Part shown: positions 49,017 through 58,596 of the stretch, piece after piece | Layout of the letters: every line of letters begins with the position of its first letter | How positions within the stretch are numbered: the stretch's first letter is position 1 | Source: a candidate division TA06 bacterium SM23_40 | Lineage (GTDB): Bacteria; LJUI01; SM1-40 | Assembly: GCA_001303705.1 (NCBI GenBank) | Contig: LJUI01000010.1 | Coordinates: 193 to 64,192, forward strand | Direction of reading: 5' to 3' | Length of the DNA: 64,000 nucleotides | Position numbers and translations under genes: made by a program | Notes under the pieces: generated by a model | The model's input: only the letters and a program-made list of their open reading frames with translations | The model's database searches: none | Told to the model about the DNA's origin: nothing

Positions 49017-49607
49017 GTGCGAACCATCGTCTCACAAGAGGCCATACAGGAGAAGGTGCAGAAGCTGGGGCGGAGGATATCGAGCGACTATAGGGACAAG
49101 AATCCGGTGCTCGTGACGATCCTCAAGGGCGGGGTCATCTTCCTTGCGGATCTCATCAGGCACATCTCGATTCCCGTACAGCTCGACTTCATGGCACTCT
49201 CCAGCTATGGAGGTTCGACCGAGTCTTCAGGAGTCGTGCGCATCCTCCAGGATTTGAGCACCAATATCTCGGGACGGCACGTCATCGTCATTGAGGATAT
49301 TGTTGATACCGGTCTTACTCTCAACTACATTCTCGAGAATCTCAAGACGCGCCATCCTGCCTCACTGAAGGTGTGTGCCCTCCTCGATAAGCGGCGGCGT
49401 CACAGATTGAGCATCGCCGTTGACTACCTGGGCTTCGTCATTCCCGACGTCTTTGTTGTTGGGTACGGTCTTGATCTGGGAGAGCATCACCGGAACATTC
49501 CTTATGTAGTAGCCGTCGACGGTGGTGAGGAAGAGGTCGCGGAGTTGAACGGCGGTGACTGGAGCAGCCATTATGGGTCGTCTGAGTCGACTACTCGGGG
49601 AACGTAG
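49017..49607 (+). CDS. hpt: hypoxanthine phosphoribosyltransferase
   Basis: ..[18 protein letters not shown].. and PRPP motif [14 protein letters not shown]. Conserved tilS-hpt-ftsH order. Confidence 0.93.
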   Translation: MRTIVSQEAIQEKVQKLGRRISSDYRDKNPVLVTILKGGVIFLADLIRHISIPVQLDFMALSSYGGSTESSGVVRILQDLSTNISGRHVIVIEDIVDTGLTLNYILENLKTRHPASLKVCALLDKRRRHRLSIAVDYLGFVIPDVFVVGYGLDLGEHHRNIPYVVAVDGGEEEVAELNGGDWSSHYGSSESTTRGT

Positions 49608-51681
49608 CAAGGGCGTTCTTCCTCTGCGCACTGCAGACAAAGGGCCCGGGCGGGAGAGGCCCGGCGGGGAGAGAGGGAGACGCCCGGGGCCGCCTGGTTC
49701 TGATCGGCCCCCACCTACGAGCCAGTTCAGGAGGACATCGAGGACGCTTCTCTTCTGGGCGCTCCTCATTCTGGTGCCCCTCACGCTGATCGGGCTCATC
49801 AGCTCGAGGAGGATGCAGGATCAGGAGATATCGTACACGCGGTTCAGGGAAGAGTTGGAGAGGACGAATATCGAGAAGGTGACGATCGTCGAGCGTGAGG
49901 CCAAAGGCATGCTCAAGCAGCCTGGCGAACTGGTCCTCGACGATCGCGTCGTGACGTTCACGAAGTTCAAGACCTACATTCCGTTCGACGATCCAGATCT
50001 CGCCAATGAGCTCGTTGCTCAGGATGTCGACGTCAGTGCGAAGCCGGCCATTAACTGGATACAGATGGTCTGGACCTATCTCCCCTGGATAGCGCTCCTC
50101 GCCATCTGGTTCTTTTTCATCAGGCAGATGCAGTCCGGCCCGAACCGGGCATTCACTTTCGGGAAGAGTCGTGCCCGGGTGTACGGAGAAGATCGGCCGA
50201 GTGTTACATTCAAGGACGTCGCGGGGGCAGAGGAGGCGAAACAGGAACTCAGGGAAGTAATCGACTTTCTCAAGTCGCCGCGCAAATACGAACGGCTGGG
50301 GGGAAAGATACCGAAGGGAGTGCTTCTGCTGGGTCCCCCTGGGACCGGCAAGACCCTCCTCGCCCGCGCAGTTGCCGGCGAAGCCAGAGTGCCGTTCTTC
50401 TTCATCAGCGGGTCGGGGTTCGTGGAGATGTTCGTGGGTGTGGGCGCATCGAGGGTGCGGGATATGTTTGAGCAGGCGAAGCGGAACAAGCCCTCGATTA
50501 TCTTCATCGATGAGATCGATGCGGTGGGTCGACAGCGCGGAGCGGGGTTGGGAGGCGGCCATGACGAGCGGGAACAGACTCTCAATCAGCTCCTCGCCGA
50601 GATGGATGGCTTCGAATCGGATGAGCATGTCATCCTGCTTGCCGCCACGAACCGTCCCGACGTTCTGGATCCGGCACTGCTGCGGCCGGGCAGATTCGAT
50701 CGCCAGGTGGTTGTGGATCGGCCCGACGTGAAGGAGCGCGAGGGTATCCTCAAGGTCCATACGCGCAAGATCCCTCTCGCGGAGGATGTTGATCTGGCAT
50801 TGCTGGCCCGCGGCACGCCTGGCTTCTCCGGCGCGGACATTGCCAACATGGTTAATGAGGCGGCCCTTCTGGCCGCGCGGCTCAACCGCAATAAGGTGGC
50901 CCGCGCGGACTTCGAGAACGCGAAGGATAAAATCCTCCTCGGTGTGGAGAGACGGAGTCTCCTGATAAGCGAGGAGGAGAAGAAGAGTACGGCATATCAT
51001 GAGTCCGGCCACGTTCTCGTCTCAAGGATGATCCCGGGAACAGATCCCATTCACAAAGTGACGATCATTCCACGCGGGCGTGCGCTCGGTGTGACGCAGC
51101 CGCTGCCGATCGATGAGCGGCGAACGTACTCCAAGGAATACTGTCTCAATCTGCTGGCCTTCCTTCTCGGTGGGCGTGCGGCCGAGATGGCGATCATGGG
51201 TCAGCTCACCACCGGGTCGGGTGACGATATTGAGAAGGCGACTGAACTTGCACGCAAGATGGTCTGTGATTGGGGGATGAGCGAGGAACTCGGTCCGTTG
51301 ACGTTTGGCAAGAAGGAAGAAGAGATATTCCTCGGTCGGGAGATCGTCCAACATCGCGACTATAGCGAGCAGACGGCTGTGCTCATTGACAAAGAGGTGA
51401 GGCGGATCGTCGAGACCCAGCAGAAGCGGGCGGAGCAGATCGTGCGCGACAATATCGAGAGGCTCCACCGTCTGGCTGAGGCACTGCTCGAGCGTGAGAT
51501 TCTTGACGGGGCTGAGATCGATGCCGTGCTGGAGGGCAGGCCAATCGAGGCAAGGGTGGATGTGGCTCAGGCTGAATCTGAGGCAGTACAGACCGATGCG
51601 GGGCGCGAGCAGGTTGCAGAAGAGAAGGACCGAAAGGGCATCCTTCCGGGGAGAATGGAGGAGGCGCCGAGCGGGGCGTGA
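49573..51681 (+). CDS. ftsH: ATP-dependent zinc metalloprotease FtsH
   Basis: Walker [21 protein letters not shown], and HEXXH (AYHESGHVL). Start is ATG 49573 or 49555. Arg/Pro/Gly-rich ~55-aa extension before the first TM. Confidence 0.96.
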   Translation: MGRLSRLLGERSKGVLPLRTADKGPGRERPGGERGRRPGPPGSDRPPPTSQFRRTSRTLLFWALLILVPLTLIGLISSRRMQDQEISYTRFREELERTNIEKVTIVEREAKGMLKQPGELVLDDRVVTFTKFKTYIPFDDPDLANELVAQDVDVSAKPAINWIQMVWTYLPWIALLAIWFFFIRQMQSGPNRAFTFGKSRARVYGEDRPSVTFKDVAGAEEAKQELREVIDFLKSPRKYERLGGKIPKGVLLLGPPGTGKTLLARAVAGEARVPFFFISGSGFVEMFVGVGASRVRDMFEQAKRNKPSIIFIDEIDAVGRQRGAGLGGGHDEREQTLNQLLAEMDGFESDEHVILLAATNRPDVLDPALLRPGRFDRQVVVDRPDVKEREGILKVHTRKIPLAEDVDLALLARGTPGFSGADIANMVNEAALLAARLNRNKVARADFENAKDKILLGVERRSLLISEEEKKSTAYHESGHVLVSRMIPGTDPIHKVTIIPRGRALGVTQPLPIDERRTYSKEYCLNLLAFLLGGRAAEMAIMGQLTTGSGDDIEKATELARKMVCDWGMSEELGPLTFGKKEEEIFLGREIVQHRDYSEQTAVLIDKEVRRIVETQQKRAEQIVRDNIERLHRLAEALLEREILDGAEIDAVLEGRPIEARVDVAQAESEAVQTDAGREQVAEEKDRKGILPGRMEEAPSGA

Positions 51682-51735
51682 GGGTGCAGTCTTTTTGAGG
51701 GTCATCGCTCAGTCTCTGGGCGGGTATCGGGGCGG

Positions 51736-52302
51736 ATGATGATCGACAAGGCAAAGGTGGAGCGTGCCGTACAGCTGTTCCTCGAGGGCATTGGGGAGGA
51801 TGTGAATCGCGACGGGTTGCGCGGTACTCCTGCCCGCGTGGCCGAGGCGTGCACCGAGATATTCAAAGGTGTCGGCCTCGATCCGACTACAGCGATGGAA
51901 TTCTGTTCCGCCCCCAACCAGGATGAAATGATCCTCGTCCGCGACATCCCCTTCTACTCCATCTGCGAACACCACCTATTGCCATTCTTTGGCAAGGCAC
52001 ATGTTGCCTATATTCCCAACGAGGATAGAATTGCGGGTTTTTCGAGTCTGGTCCGGGTCATCGAGACGATGGCGAAGCGTCCTCAGATGCAAGAGAGGTT
52101 GACGACTGAGATCGCGGATACACTTGTCGCCTCTCTGGAGCCGAAAGGGATCGTGGTCGTTATCGAGGCCGAACACATGTGTCTGACGATGCGTGGAGTG
52201 AAGAAGCCGGGTTCTCTCACGGTCACTTCTGCCATGCGGGGCATCATGCGGAAGGAGGCGACAAGGGCGGAGGCGTTTGCTCTGATTAAAGGGAGACGAT
52301 GA
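51736..52302 (+). CDS. folE: GTP cyclohydrolase I (FolE)
   Basis: 188 aa. ..FYSICEHHLLPFFGKAHVAYIP... Confidence 0.94.
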   Translation: MMIDKAKVERAVQLFLEGIGEDVNRDGLRGTPARVAEACTEIFKGVGLDPTTAMEFCSAPNQDEMILVRDIPFYSICEHHLLPFFGKAHVAYIPNEDRIAGFSSLVRVIETMAKRPQMQERLTTEIADTLVASLEPKGIVVVIEAEHMCLTMRGVKKPGSLTVTSAMRGIMRKEATRAEAFALIKGRR

Positions 52303-53195
52303 GAGGGAAACCTGGTATGCTTGAGCTCGACTGCCGGGGCGAACAGATTGATCTCTCCTCACGTACCCACGTGATGGGGGTGATCAATGTGACCCCGGAT
52401 TCTTTCTCCGATGGTGGGCGATTTTTCGATCCCGGTTTGGCCGTAGCTCACGGGATCGCGATGGTAGCCGAGGGGGCGGACTTCCTCGATGTGGGAGGTG
52501 AGTCGACGAGGCCAGGGTCTGATCCGGTGACGCTCGAGGAGGAACTTCGCCGGGTTCTGCCTGTGGTCGAGAGGCTGGCAAGAGAGGTTGATGTCCCGGT
52601 CTCGGTCGACACGTACAAGGCCGCCGTTGCAGAGCGGGCTCTCGATGCCGGAGCCGCGATGGTGAACGACATCAGCGCACTTTCGTTCGATCTGCGAATG
52701 GCGGCTGTGGTGGGGGAGTCGGGGGCTGCAGTCGTTCTCATGCATATCAAGGGGACCCCCAAGGATATGCAGAACGATCCCAACTACGATGATGTTGTAG
52801 GCGAAATATCAGAATATCTGGAAAGGGCAATCGAGCGAGGGGAGGAACACGGGATCAGGCGAGATCAGATCATTGTCGACCCTGGCATTGGCTTCGGCAA
52901 ACGCCAGGAGGACAATCTTGTTATTCTGTCAAGGCTCCGTGAGTTCACTTCACTCGCCAAGCCGATACTCGTTGGACCATCACGCAAGTCGTTCATCGGT
53001 CGGATCCTTGATCTTCCGGTCGAGGAGCGACTGGAAGGGACATCGGCAGCCATTGCCTGCGCGATTCTTAACGGCGCCAACATCGTCCGTGTGCACGATG
53101 TGCGGGAGATGGTACGCGTAGCGCGAGTCGCCGATGCCATCGCTGGGAGTTCACAGCGTTCTCACCCAATAGGACAACCTCAGCACGCCCGATGA
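52299..53195 (+). CDS. folP: dihydropteroate synthase
   Basis: ..VMGVINVTPDSFSDGGRF.., ..DVGGESTRPG... ATGA overlap with folE. Confidence 0.94.
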   Translation: MRGKPGMLELDCRGEQIDLSSRTHVMGVINVTPDSFSDGGRFFDPGLAVAHGIAMVAEGADFLDVGGESTRPGSDPVTLEEELRRVLPVVERLAREVDVPVSVDTYKAAVAERALDAGAAMVNDISALSFDLRMAAVVGESGAAVVLMHIKGTPKDMQNDPNYDDVVGEISEYLERAIERGEEHGIRRDQIIVDPGIGFGKRQEDNLVILSRLREFTSLAKPILVGPSRKSFIGRILDLPVEERLEGTSAAIACAILNGANIVRVHDVREMVRVARVADAIAGSSQRSHPIGQPQHAR

Positions 53196-53953
53196 TCTCA
53201 AGCGTCATCCACATTGCCCTCGCCATTCTCGATATCGTCATCGTTGCATTCATCGCCTATCAGCTACTGCTCCTCATCAGAGGCTCAAGGGCGACGGAGA
53301 TGCTTGTAGGGTTGCTGGTTATCGTTGTGGTATCTCTTGTGGCCTACTGGTGGGACCTCGGGGGGACGAAATGGATAATCTCCACACTGAAGGCAGTGTG
53401 GGTCGTTGCTTTCGTGATTCTGTTCCAGCCCGAGCTGCGCCGGGCCCTGGCTCAGCTGGGGAGGAACAGACTTGTGCGGGCGTTTCTACGGATCGAGCAG
53501 AGCGAGGTGGTGGACGAGATCATCGGTGGTGTTGAAGGTCTAGTCGACAAGAAGATCGGGGGGTTGATTGCGATCGAGCGGAGGACAGGTCTCAAGGAAT
53601 ACATCGAGACCGGAGTTCTGGTCGAGGCACGTGTGTCGGCAGATCTGATAACCACCATTTTCATGCCTCACTCCCCGCTCCACGACGGGGCTGTTGTGAT
53701 CCATGGCGATTCGATCGTTGCCGCTGGCTGCATCCTTCCGTTGAGCGAAGATACCAGCCTTGAGCGCGAACTCGGGACCCGTCACCGTGCGGCCCTCGGG
53801 CTGAGCGAGGAGACGGATGCCGTGTGCGTAGTGATTTCGGAGGAGACGCAGAAGGTCTCGTTTGCCTCGCGGGGGAAGCTCGTCTGGGCAGTCGATTCCC
53901 CTTCTCTGCGAAAGAACTTGCTGAAGGCACTGGGTCGAGACGGAGGGGTGTAG
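53192..53953 (+). CDS. cdaA: diadenylate cyclase CdaA (3 TM + DAC domain)
   Basis: N-terminal TM helices, ..GALIAIER.. type core (GGLIAIERRTGL), ..DGAVVIHGD.., ..GTRHRAALGLSEETDAVCVVISEET... 4-nt overlap with folP. Confidence 0.9.
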   Translation: MISSVIHIALAILDIVIVAFIAYQLLLLIRGSRATEMLVGLLVIVVVSLVAYWWDLGGTKWIISTLKAVWVVAFVILFQPELRRALAQLGRNRLVRAFLRIEQSEVVDEIIGGVEGLVDKKIGGLIAIERRTGLKEYIETGVLVEARVSADLITTIFMPHSPLHDGAVVIHGDSIVAAGCILPLSEDTSLERELGTRHRAALGLSEETDAVCVVISEETQKVSFASRGKLVWAVDSPSLRKNLLKALGRDGGV

Positions 53954-53980
53954 AGAGCACTCAATCGGCGGAGGAGATAG

Positions 53981-56836
53981 ATGGAGGGAAGCAGGAGAGA
54001 GACGCTGATCGGTTTCTTCATCGTACTGGTTGTAGTCTTCGGGGTATATGTGGCGACGCTTCCGCCTACGGTCTCTTTCTGGGACTGTGGGGAATTCATC
54101 GCTGTCTCCTACATTCTGGGAGTGCCCCATCCTCCCGGGTCTCCCCTGTACGTCCTGGTGGGCAGAGTCGTAGCGATCCTGCTCTCGATGTTTGATGAGG
54201 TTGCGTTTCGGCTAAACCTCTTCTCTGCCATATCGGGGGCGCTCGCCTGCGCGCTGCTGTTTGTCCTGATCGTCAAGGTGGTGCGGGAGTGGCATGGCAA
54301 GCTGCTGAAACTCGAAGAGAGACTGATACTGTACGCTGCTGCTGCAGCCGCTTCGTTCATGATAGCGTTCTCGTCTACCTTCTGGGACAACTCGATCGAG
54401 GCAGAGGTCTACTCCCCGGTGGCCGTCATCATGCTGATCGTGACGCTGCTCGCGCTCATCTGGCAGGATAGGGTGCGGGAGGCGGGGAGCAAGAAGTTGC
54501 TCATCGTGTCAGTCTATCTCCTGTCGCTCAGCATCGGGATCCACCTCTCAGCTATGCTCGTCGCTCTTCCCCTTATGATATTTGTCGTGATCTGGAATCG
54601 CGATTCGGTGTTCGACAAGCGATTCGTTCCTGCTATTCTCGCTCTGGTGTCGATCTGGGGAGTAGTGCGGCTCTCGGAGGCATGGACCGGAACCACAGCC
54701 TTCATAATCGGCGCGGTTCTCGCCGGTCTGGCGCTCTACGTTGCATGGGAGAGGACCTGGAAGGTTGACCATCCCGCAGTGCTCGGCACGATCGCTGCCC
54801 TGGCATTTTGTCTCTGGGGGCTGTGGAAGGGGGAGATAGTGCTGTTCGCGGCCGGGGTGGGTGCATTCCTCGTCTTTGCGTACTGGGGCGGGAAGCTGTA
54901 CCAGGACTGGAAGGGAATAGCGGTGCTCGTCTTCGTGCTCGGGCTGACCGTACAGTTCTATCTGCTGGTGCGGGCGCACCACGATCCGGGAATCAATGAG
55001 GTCGCACCTACTACGTGGCGGGCCTTTCTCGATGTCCTCGAGCGGAAGCAGTACGAGCCATATCGGTTCTTGCCGCGAAAGACCGACAACGGGATCGGTC
55101 CGGTGGCTGCCTACGTTCAGCAGCTCCTTGTCTATTTTCAGTACTTCAAGATACAGTTCACGCCCCTCCCCATGTGGTCTAACGATCTCTCGAGAGCTGG
55201 GTCTGCTGCTGCGGCCTTTGTGAAAGCGCTGTTCGGTCTGCTCATCCTTCCTCTGGGCTTCTGGGGAGCGTGGGTGCACTACCGGAACGATCGGCGTCGT
55301 TTTCTTCTCCTCGCCCTCATCTTCTTGATTACGAGCGTCGGGCTGGTCACATATCTCAACATGAAATACTCGCCGAGCGACCCTAACCCTCTACACAATC
55401 CCGACGAGGTGCGTGAGCGTGACTACTTCTTCGCTGCTTCGTTCCTCTATTTCGGCTTTTTCGTCGGGATGGGTGCGTGGGCGGTCCTGAGGTGGTTGTG
55501 GGAGCGGATCTCGGCGACGATCGCCGAGCGCCCGGCCGCCATCTCGCTCGGTGCGGGGATATTGCTCCTGTCGACCGTGCCCCTCCTCAGTCACTACGAG
55601 ACGCACAACCGGTCGAATAACTGGATCCCCCATGACTACGGCATGAACATGCTGGCGTCGTGCGATGAGGGAGGAGTGATCTTCACCAACGGCGACAACG
55701 ACACGTTTCCGCTCTGGTTCGTCCAGGAAGTAAAGGATTTCAAGAAGAGTGTCACCGTAGCCAATCTCAGTCTATTGAATACACCATGGTACATCAAACA
55801 GTGTAAGCGGCGAGGGGTCCCGATCAGTCTCACGGATGAAGAGATCGAAAATCTGCGTCCACGGTCCATCCGCGAGGACGGAGTGTCGCTGTACCCGTTT
55901 CTCCGCGGCGGGGAGGTCTGGTATGTCGCCGAGACTCGTGAGATCTTCCGATCAGTGACGCAAGATGGGAAGACGTACTGCCAGGATCGCAGCGGGAAGC
56001 TCTGGGAGTTGACATCCCTATTGGTGAAAGATTATGCAGTCCGGGATATCATTGCGTCAAACACGGGGCTCGATCTGACGCTCGACGAGCTCTCGCTTTC
56101 GACCGAGGAGTTCCTGGACCTGGTGATGAAGGATTACGATGGCAAAATAGCCGTCTTCTTCGCAGTTACGGTTTCCCAGGATAATCTCGGTGGATTTCAA
56201 CCGTACTTGAAACTCGAGGGCCTGACCTACCGGCTCGTGCCGGAGCCGGGCGAGAGCCAGATCGATGTGGAATTGACCTGGCACAACGCTCATGAGGTGT
56301 ACAACTACCGTGGGATCTTCGACGATGCCGTGTACAAAGACAAGAATACACAGAAACTTCTGTCCAACTATGCGGCAGCATTTTTCCGGCTCGGGATAAC
56401 ATACCGCGATATGGGGGATTTGGATAAGGCTATCGCAGAGTTCGAAGATGGGGCCCGGTTCAACCCGCCTGATTTGACACCATTCGACTACCACCTCTCT
56501 GTTCTGTTCATCCAGACGGGGCAGTTGGAGAAGGCCGAGGAGCGACTGGTGGCGGCTATCGCGCGGACCCCGGAGCTGTCGTTCTTCCGAACCCAGCTCG
56601 GATATGTATACCATCAGCAGGGGCGGCTCGATGAGGCTATCAGTGCATACCGGGATGCGATCCGACTCGATCCAAGGGACGCCCAGGCATATAGGAATCT
56701 CCTCACCGCCTACGAGAACAGGGGAGATACGCAGTCGGTGATTCGCGCTCTCGAGAACTGGCTGGCGAGAAATCCGCAGGATGAGGGGGCGCGGAATATG
56801 CTCAATCAGTTCCTGAGGAGAGGGGACACGTTGTAG
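53981..56836 (+). CDS. DUF2723 (GT-C/PMT-like glycosyltransferase fold) membrane protein with C-terminal TPR repeats
   Basis: Signature TLPPTVSFWDCGEFIAVSYILGVPHPPGSPLY, more than 10 TM segments and C-terminal TPRs (..AISAYRDAIRLDPRDAQAYRNL..). Confidence 0.85.
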   Translation: MEGSRRETLIGFFIVLVVVFGVYVATLPPTVSFWDCGEFIAVSYILGVPHPPGSPLYVLVGRVVAILLSMFDEVAFRLNLFSAISGALACALLFVLIVKVVREWHGKLLKLEERLILYAAAAAASFMIAFSSTFWDNSIEAEVYSPVAVIMLIVTLLALIWQDRVREAGSKKLLIVSVYLLSLSIGIHLSAMLVALPLMIFVVIWNRDSVFDKRFVPAILALVSIWGVVRLSEAWTGTTAFIIGAVLAGLALYVAWERTWKVDHPAVLGTIAALAFCLWGLWKGEIVLFAAGVGAFLVFAYWGGKLYQDWKGIAVLVFVLGLTVQFYLLVRAHHDPGINEVAPTTWRAFLDVLERKQYEPYRFLPRKTDNGIGPVAAYVQQLLVYFQYFKIQFTPLPMWSNDLSRAGSAAAAFVKALFGLLILPLGFWGAWVHYRNDRRRFLLLALIFLITSVGLVTYLNMKYSPSDPNPLHNPDEVRERDYFFAASFLYFGFFVGMGAWAVLRWLWERISATIAERPAAISLGAGILLLSTVPLLSHYETHNRSNNWIPHDYGMNMLASCDEGGVIFTNGDNDTFPLWFVQEVKDFKKSVTVANLSLLNTPWYIKQCKRRGVPISLTDEEIENLRPRSIREDGVSLYPFLRGGEVWYVAETREIFRSVTQDGKTYCQDRSGKLWELTSLLVKDYAVRDIIASNTGLDLTLDELSLSTEEFLDLVMKDYDGKIAVFFAVTVSQDNLGGFQPYLKLEGLTYRLVPEPGESQIDVELTWHNAHEVYNYRGIFDDAVYKDKNTQKLLSNYAAAFFRLGITYRDMGDLDKAIAEFEDGARFNPPDLTPFDYHLSVLFIQTGQLEKAEERLVAAIARTPELSFFRTQLGYVYHQQGRLDEAISAYRDAIRLDPRDAQAYRNLLTAYENRGDTQSVIRALENWLARNPQDEGARNMLNQFLRRGDTL

Positions 56837-56872
56837 GAGAGGGGACACCTTGTAGGAGAGGCGGCACGATGT
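56816..56872. repeat. 19-nt tandem repeat x3 spanning the DUF2723 stop codon
   Basis: AGGAGAGGGGACACGTTGT / AGGAGAGGGGACACCTTGT / AGGAGAGGCGGCACGATGT, followed by a decayed 4th unit. Confidence 0.85.
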
Positions 56873-56943
56873 AGGCGCGGGCTGAGATTCGGTCAACTCT
56901 GCCGGCGGAGAAGAGGGGGAGTTCGGCGAGAAGATGGAGAGGC

Positions 56944-57708
56944 TCATGCACGGGGGCGTTCGACAGGGCGCCCCCGATTCTCGTCAAGCCAGGAGTGGAG
57001 TGTGAGCGCGCCGTCTCTCAGACGGGCGTATGTGAAGTGACGCATCCAGTCGCCCAGATTTACATACGTCTTCCCTGCCTGGGTGTGCAGAGAGGGGCGG
57101 TGGCTGTGGCCGAGGATAACGGCATCGAGCGGGCCCTCGAGCATCGATTTCGCATATGCGAACAGATGGCGTTCGGTGGTGACATAGCTGTTGACATTGT
57201 TGCTTCTGCTCAGTCTCGATGCCACCTGGGCGATCCGGATGCCGATATCGGGATGGAGGAGCGAGAAGAGCGTGATATTCACGGGGTTACGGAGTGTCGC
57301 TTTGAGGAGGCGATATCCGAAATCTCCGCTCGTCAGACCGTCGCCATGTGCGACAAAGAGCCGCCGGCCCTGAATGGTCGTGGTCAGCGTATTACGGACG
57401 ACATCGATGCCGAGTTCATGCTGGAAGAAATTGCCGATCCAGTAGTCGTGGTTTCCCACCACATACGTGATAGGGATGTCCGATCTCCGCAGCTCATAGA
57501 GCTTGTTGACGATGCGGTAGTGCTGACGGGGTATGACCGCGCGATATTCGAACCAGAAATCGAATAGGTCGCCTACGATAAAGAGAGATCCCTCACGCGA
57601 GTGCACAAGGCTGAGGAACTCGATGAGGGTATCTTCCTTCAGTCTCTCGCGGTCCTCCGAGTCGACGCCCAGATGAGCGTCGGAGACGAAATAGCACTCA
57701 TCGTGCAT
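56944..57708 (-). CDS. lpxH: UDP-2,3-diacylglucosamine diphosphatase LpxH
   Basis: Calcineurin-like motifs FVSDAHLG, GDLFDFW, GNHDYW, AHGDG, GHSH. Confidence 0.88.
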   Translation of the reverse strand: MHDECYFVSDAHLGVDSEDRERLKEDTLIEFLSLVHSREGSLFIVGDLFDFWFEYRAVIPRQHYRIVNKLYELRRSDIPITYVVGNHDYWIGNFFQHELGIDVVRNTLTTTIQGRRLFVAHGDGLTSGDFGYRLLKATLRNPVNITLFSLLHPDIGIRIAQVASRLSRSNNVNSYVTTERHLFAYAKSMLEGPLDAVILGHSHRPSLHTQAGKTYVNLGDWMRHFTYARLRDGALTLHSWLDENRGRPVERPRA

Positions 57709-57854
57709 GACAGTCGCTCCACGTCCAGGATCTCGTATGCCTCCGGCCGCACGAGGCTACCACACTCGGCTGGGAAATGCAAGAGATCATGTCGCCCGGA
57801 ACGCTCGGCACGGCAACAGCAGGGATCATGTCGCCCCTTGCAGTAGAGACGACT

Positions 57855-57879
57855 GAAAAAGGGGCGGCCGTGCGCCCCT
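57855..57879 (-). terminator. intrinsic terminator-like hairpin (minus strand)
   Basis: Minus strand reads AGGGGCG-CACGGC-CGCCCCU followed by UUUUUC. It lies about 290 nt downstream of the Hc1-like gene stop. Confidence 0.5.
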
Positions 57880-58170
57880 GATGGTGATATGTCCTAGTGA
57901 GGCAAAGCGCGGCCCCGTGCTCGGAGCTGAATCGTTGAGGTCGGGCAGATCTTCGGCCGGACGGCGAAGCTGACACTCCCTCCTGGCGACACTGCGGCCC
58001 CTCGCCAGCGGCCGGGTACGCGGGCCGAAAGGCCAGAAGGAGTAATCGAGCAGGCCTCGGAGGCGGGTCTCCTGTGAGACTGCAGTACATACCGCCTTCC
58101 CTGCAATCTCCCCCTGGCATTCGAGGGGTGTTCCCGAATGGCGCGGCCAGAAACGCGCCTGATTGATCGA

Positions 58171-58347
58171 CTAGATCCTATCGCGGATCTCCAGTGCCTC
58201 TTTGCGCCCCTCCTTGCACGCTTTAGAGATGTCCATGAGTGCCTTTCTCACCCGGGGAGCTGCCGCCTTCACGCCCTTCATCTCCAGTTTCTCGATGTCC
58301 GGTTGCATCGATTCCAGGATCGCCTTGATCTGATCGACGCTCTTCAT
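58171..58347 (-). CDS. histone H1-like (Hc1-family) nucleoid protein
   Basis: 58 aa from ATG 58347 (AGGAAGGAGGAGTC upstream): MKSVDQIKAILESMQPDIEKLEMKGVKAAAPRVRKALMDISKACKEGRKEALEIRDRI. Matches the ..LES.Q.D..K.EKGNKAAA.RVRK....K..K..RKE.. pattern of chlamydial Hc1 and Bacteroidetes H1-like proteins, from memory. Confidence 0.7.
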   Translation of the reverse strand: MKSVDQIKAILESMQPDIEKLEMKGVKAAAPRVRKALMDISKACKEGRKEALEIRDRI

Positions 58348-58596
58348 GACTCCTCCTTCCTGGTGGTAGATACCTCTTGAGGCGCAGTGAACCTCCACAT
58401 CGGCCAACTGACTCTCTGTGCCGCGACCCGGGACGAGAGTACGGACGATCCGCAAACGGTCATCGGCGATCCGCCGACGGACCGAGCGGGTCACCTACGG
58501 GTGCCTCAGGCCTTTGAGGTCGCCGTGAGGACATTTTCCACACATCGGGCCGTCCTGTCAAGCAAAACCGACAGGCCTGACCTCCTGGTCTGCCTG

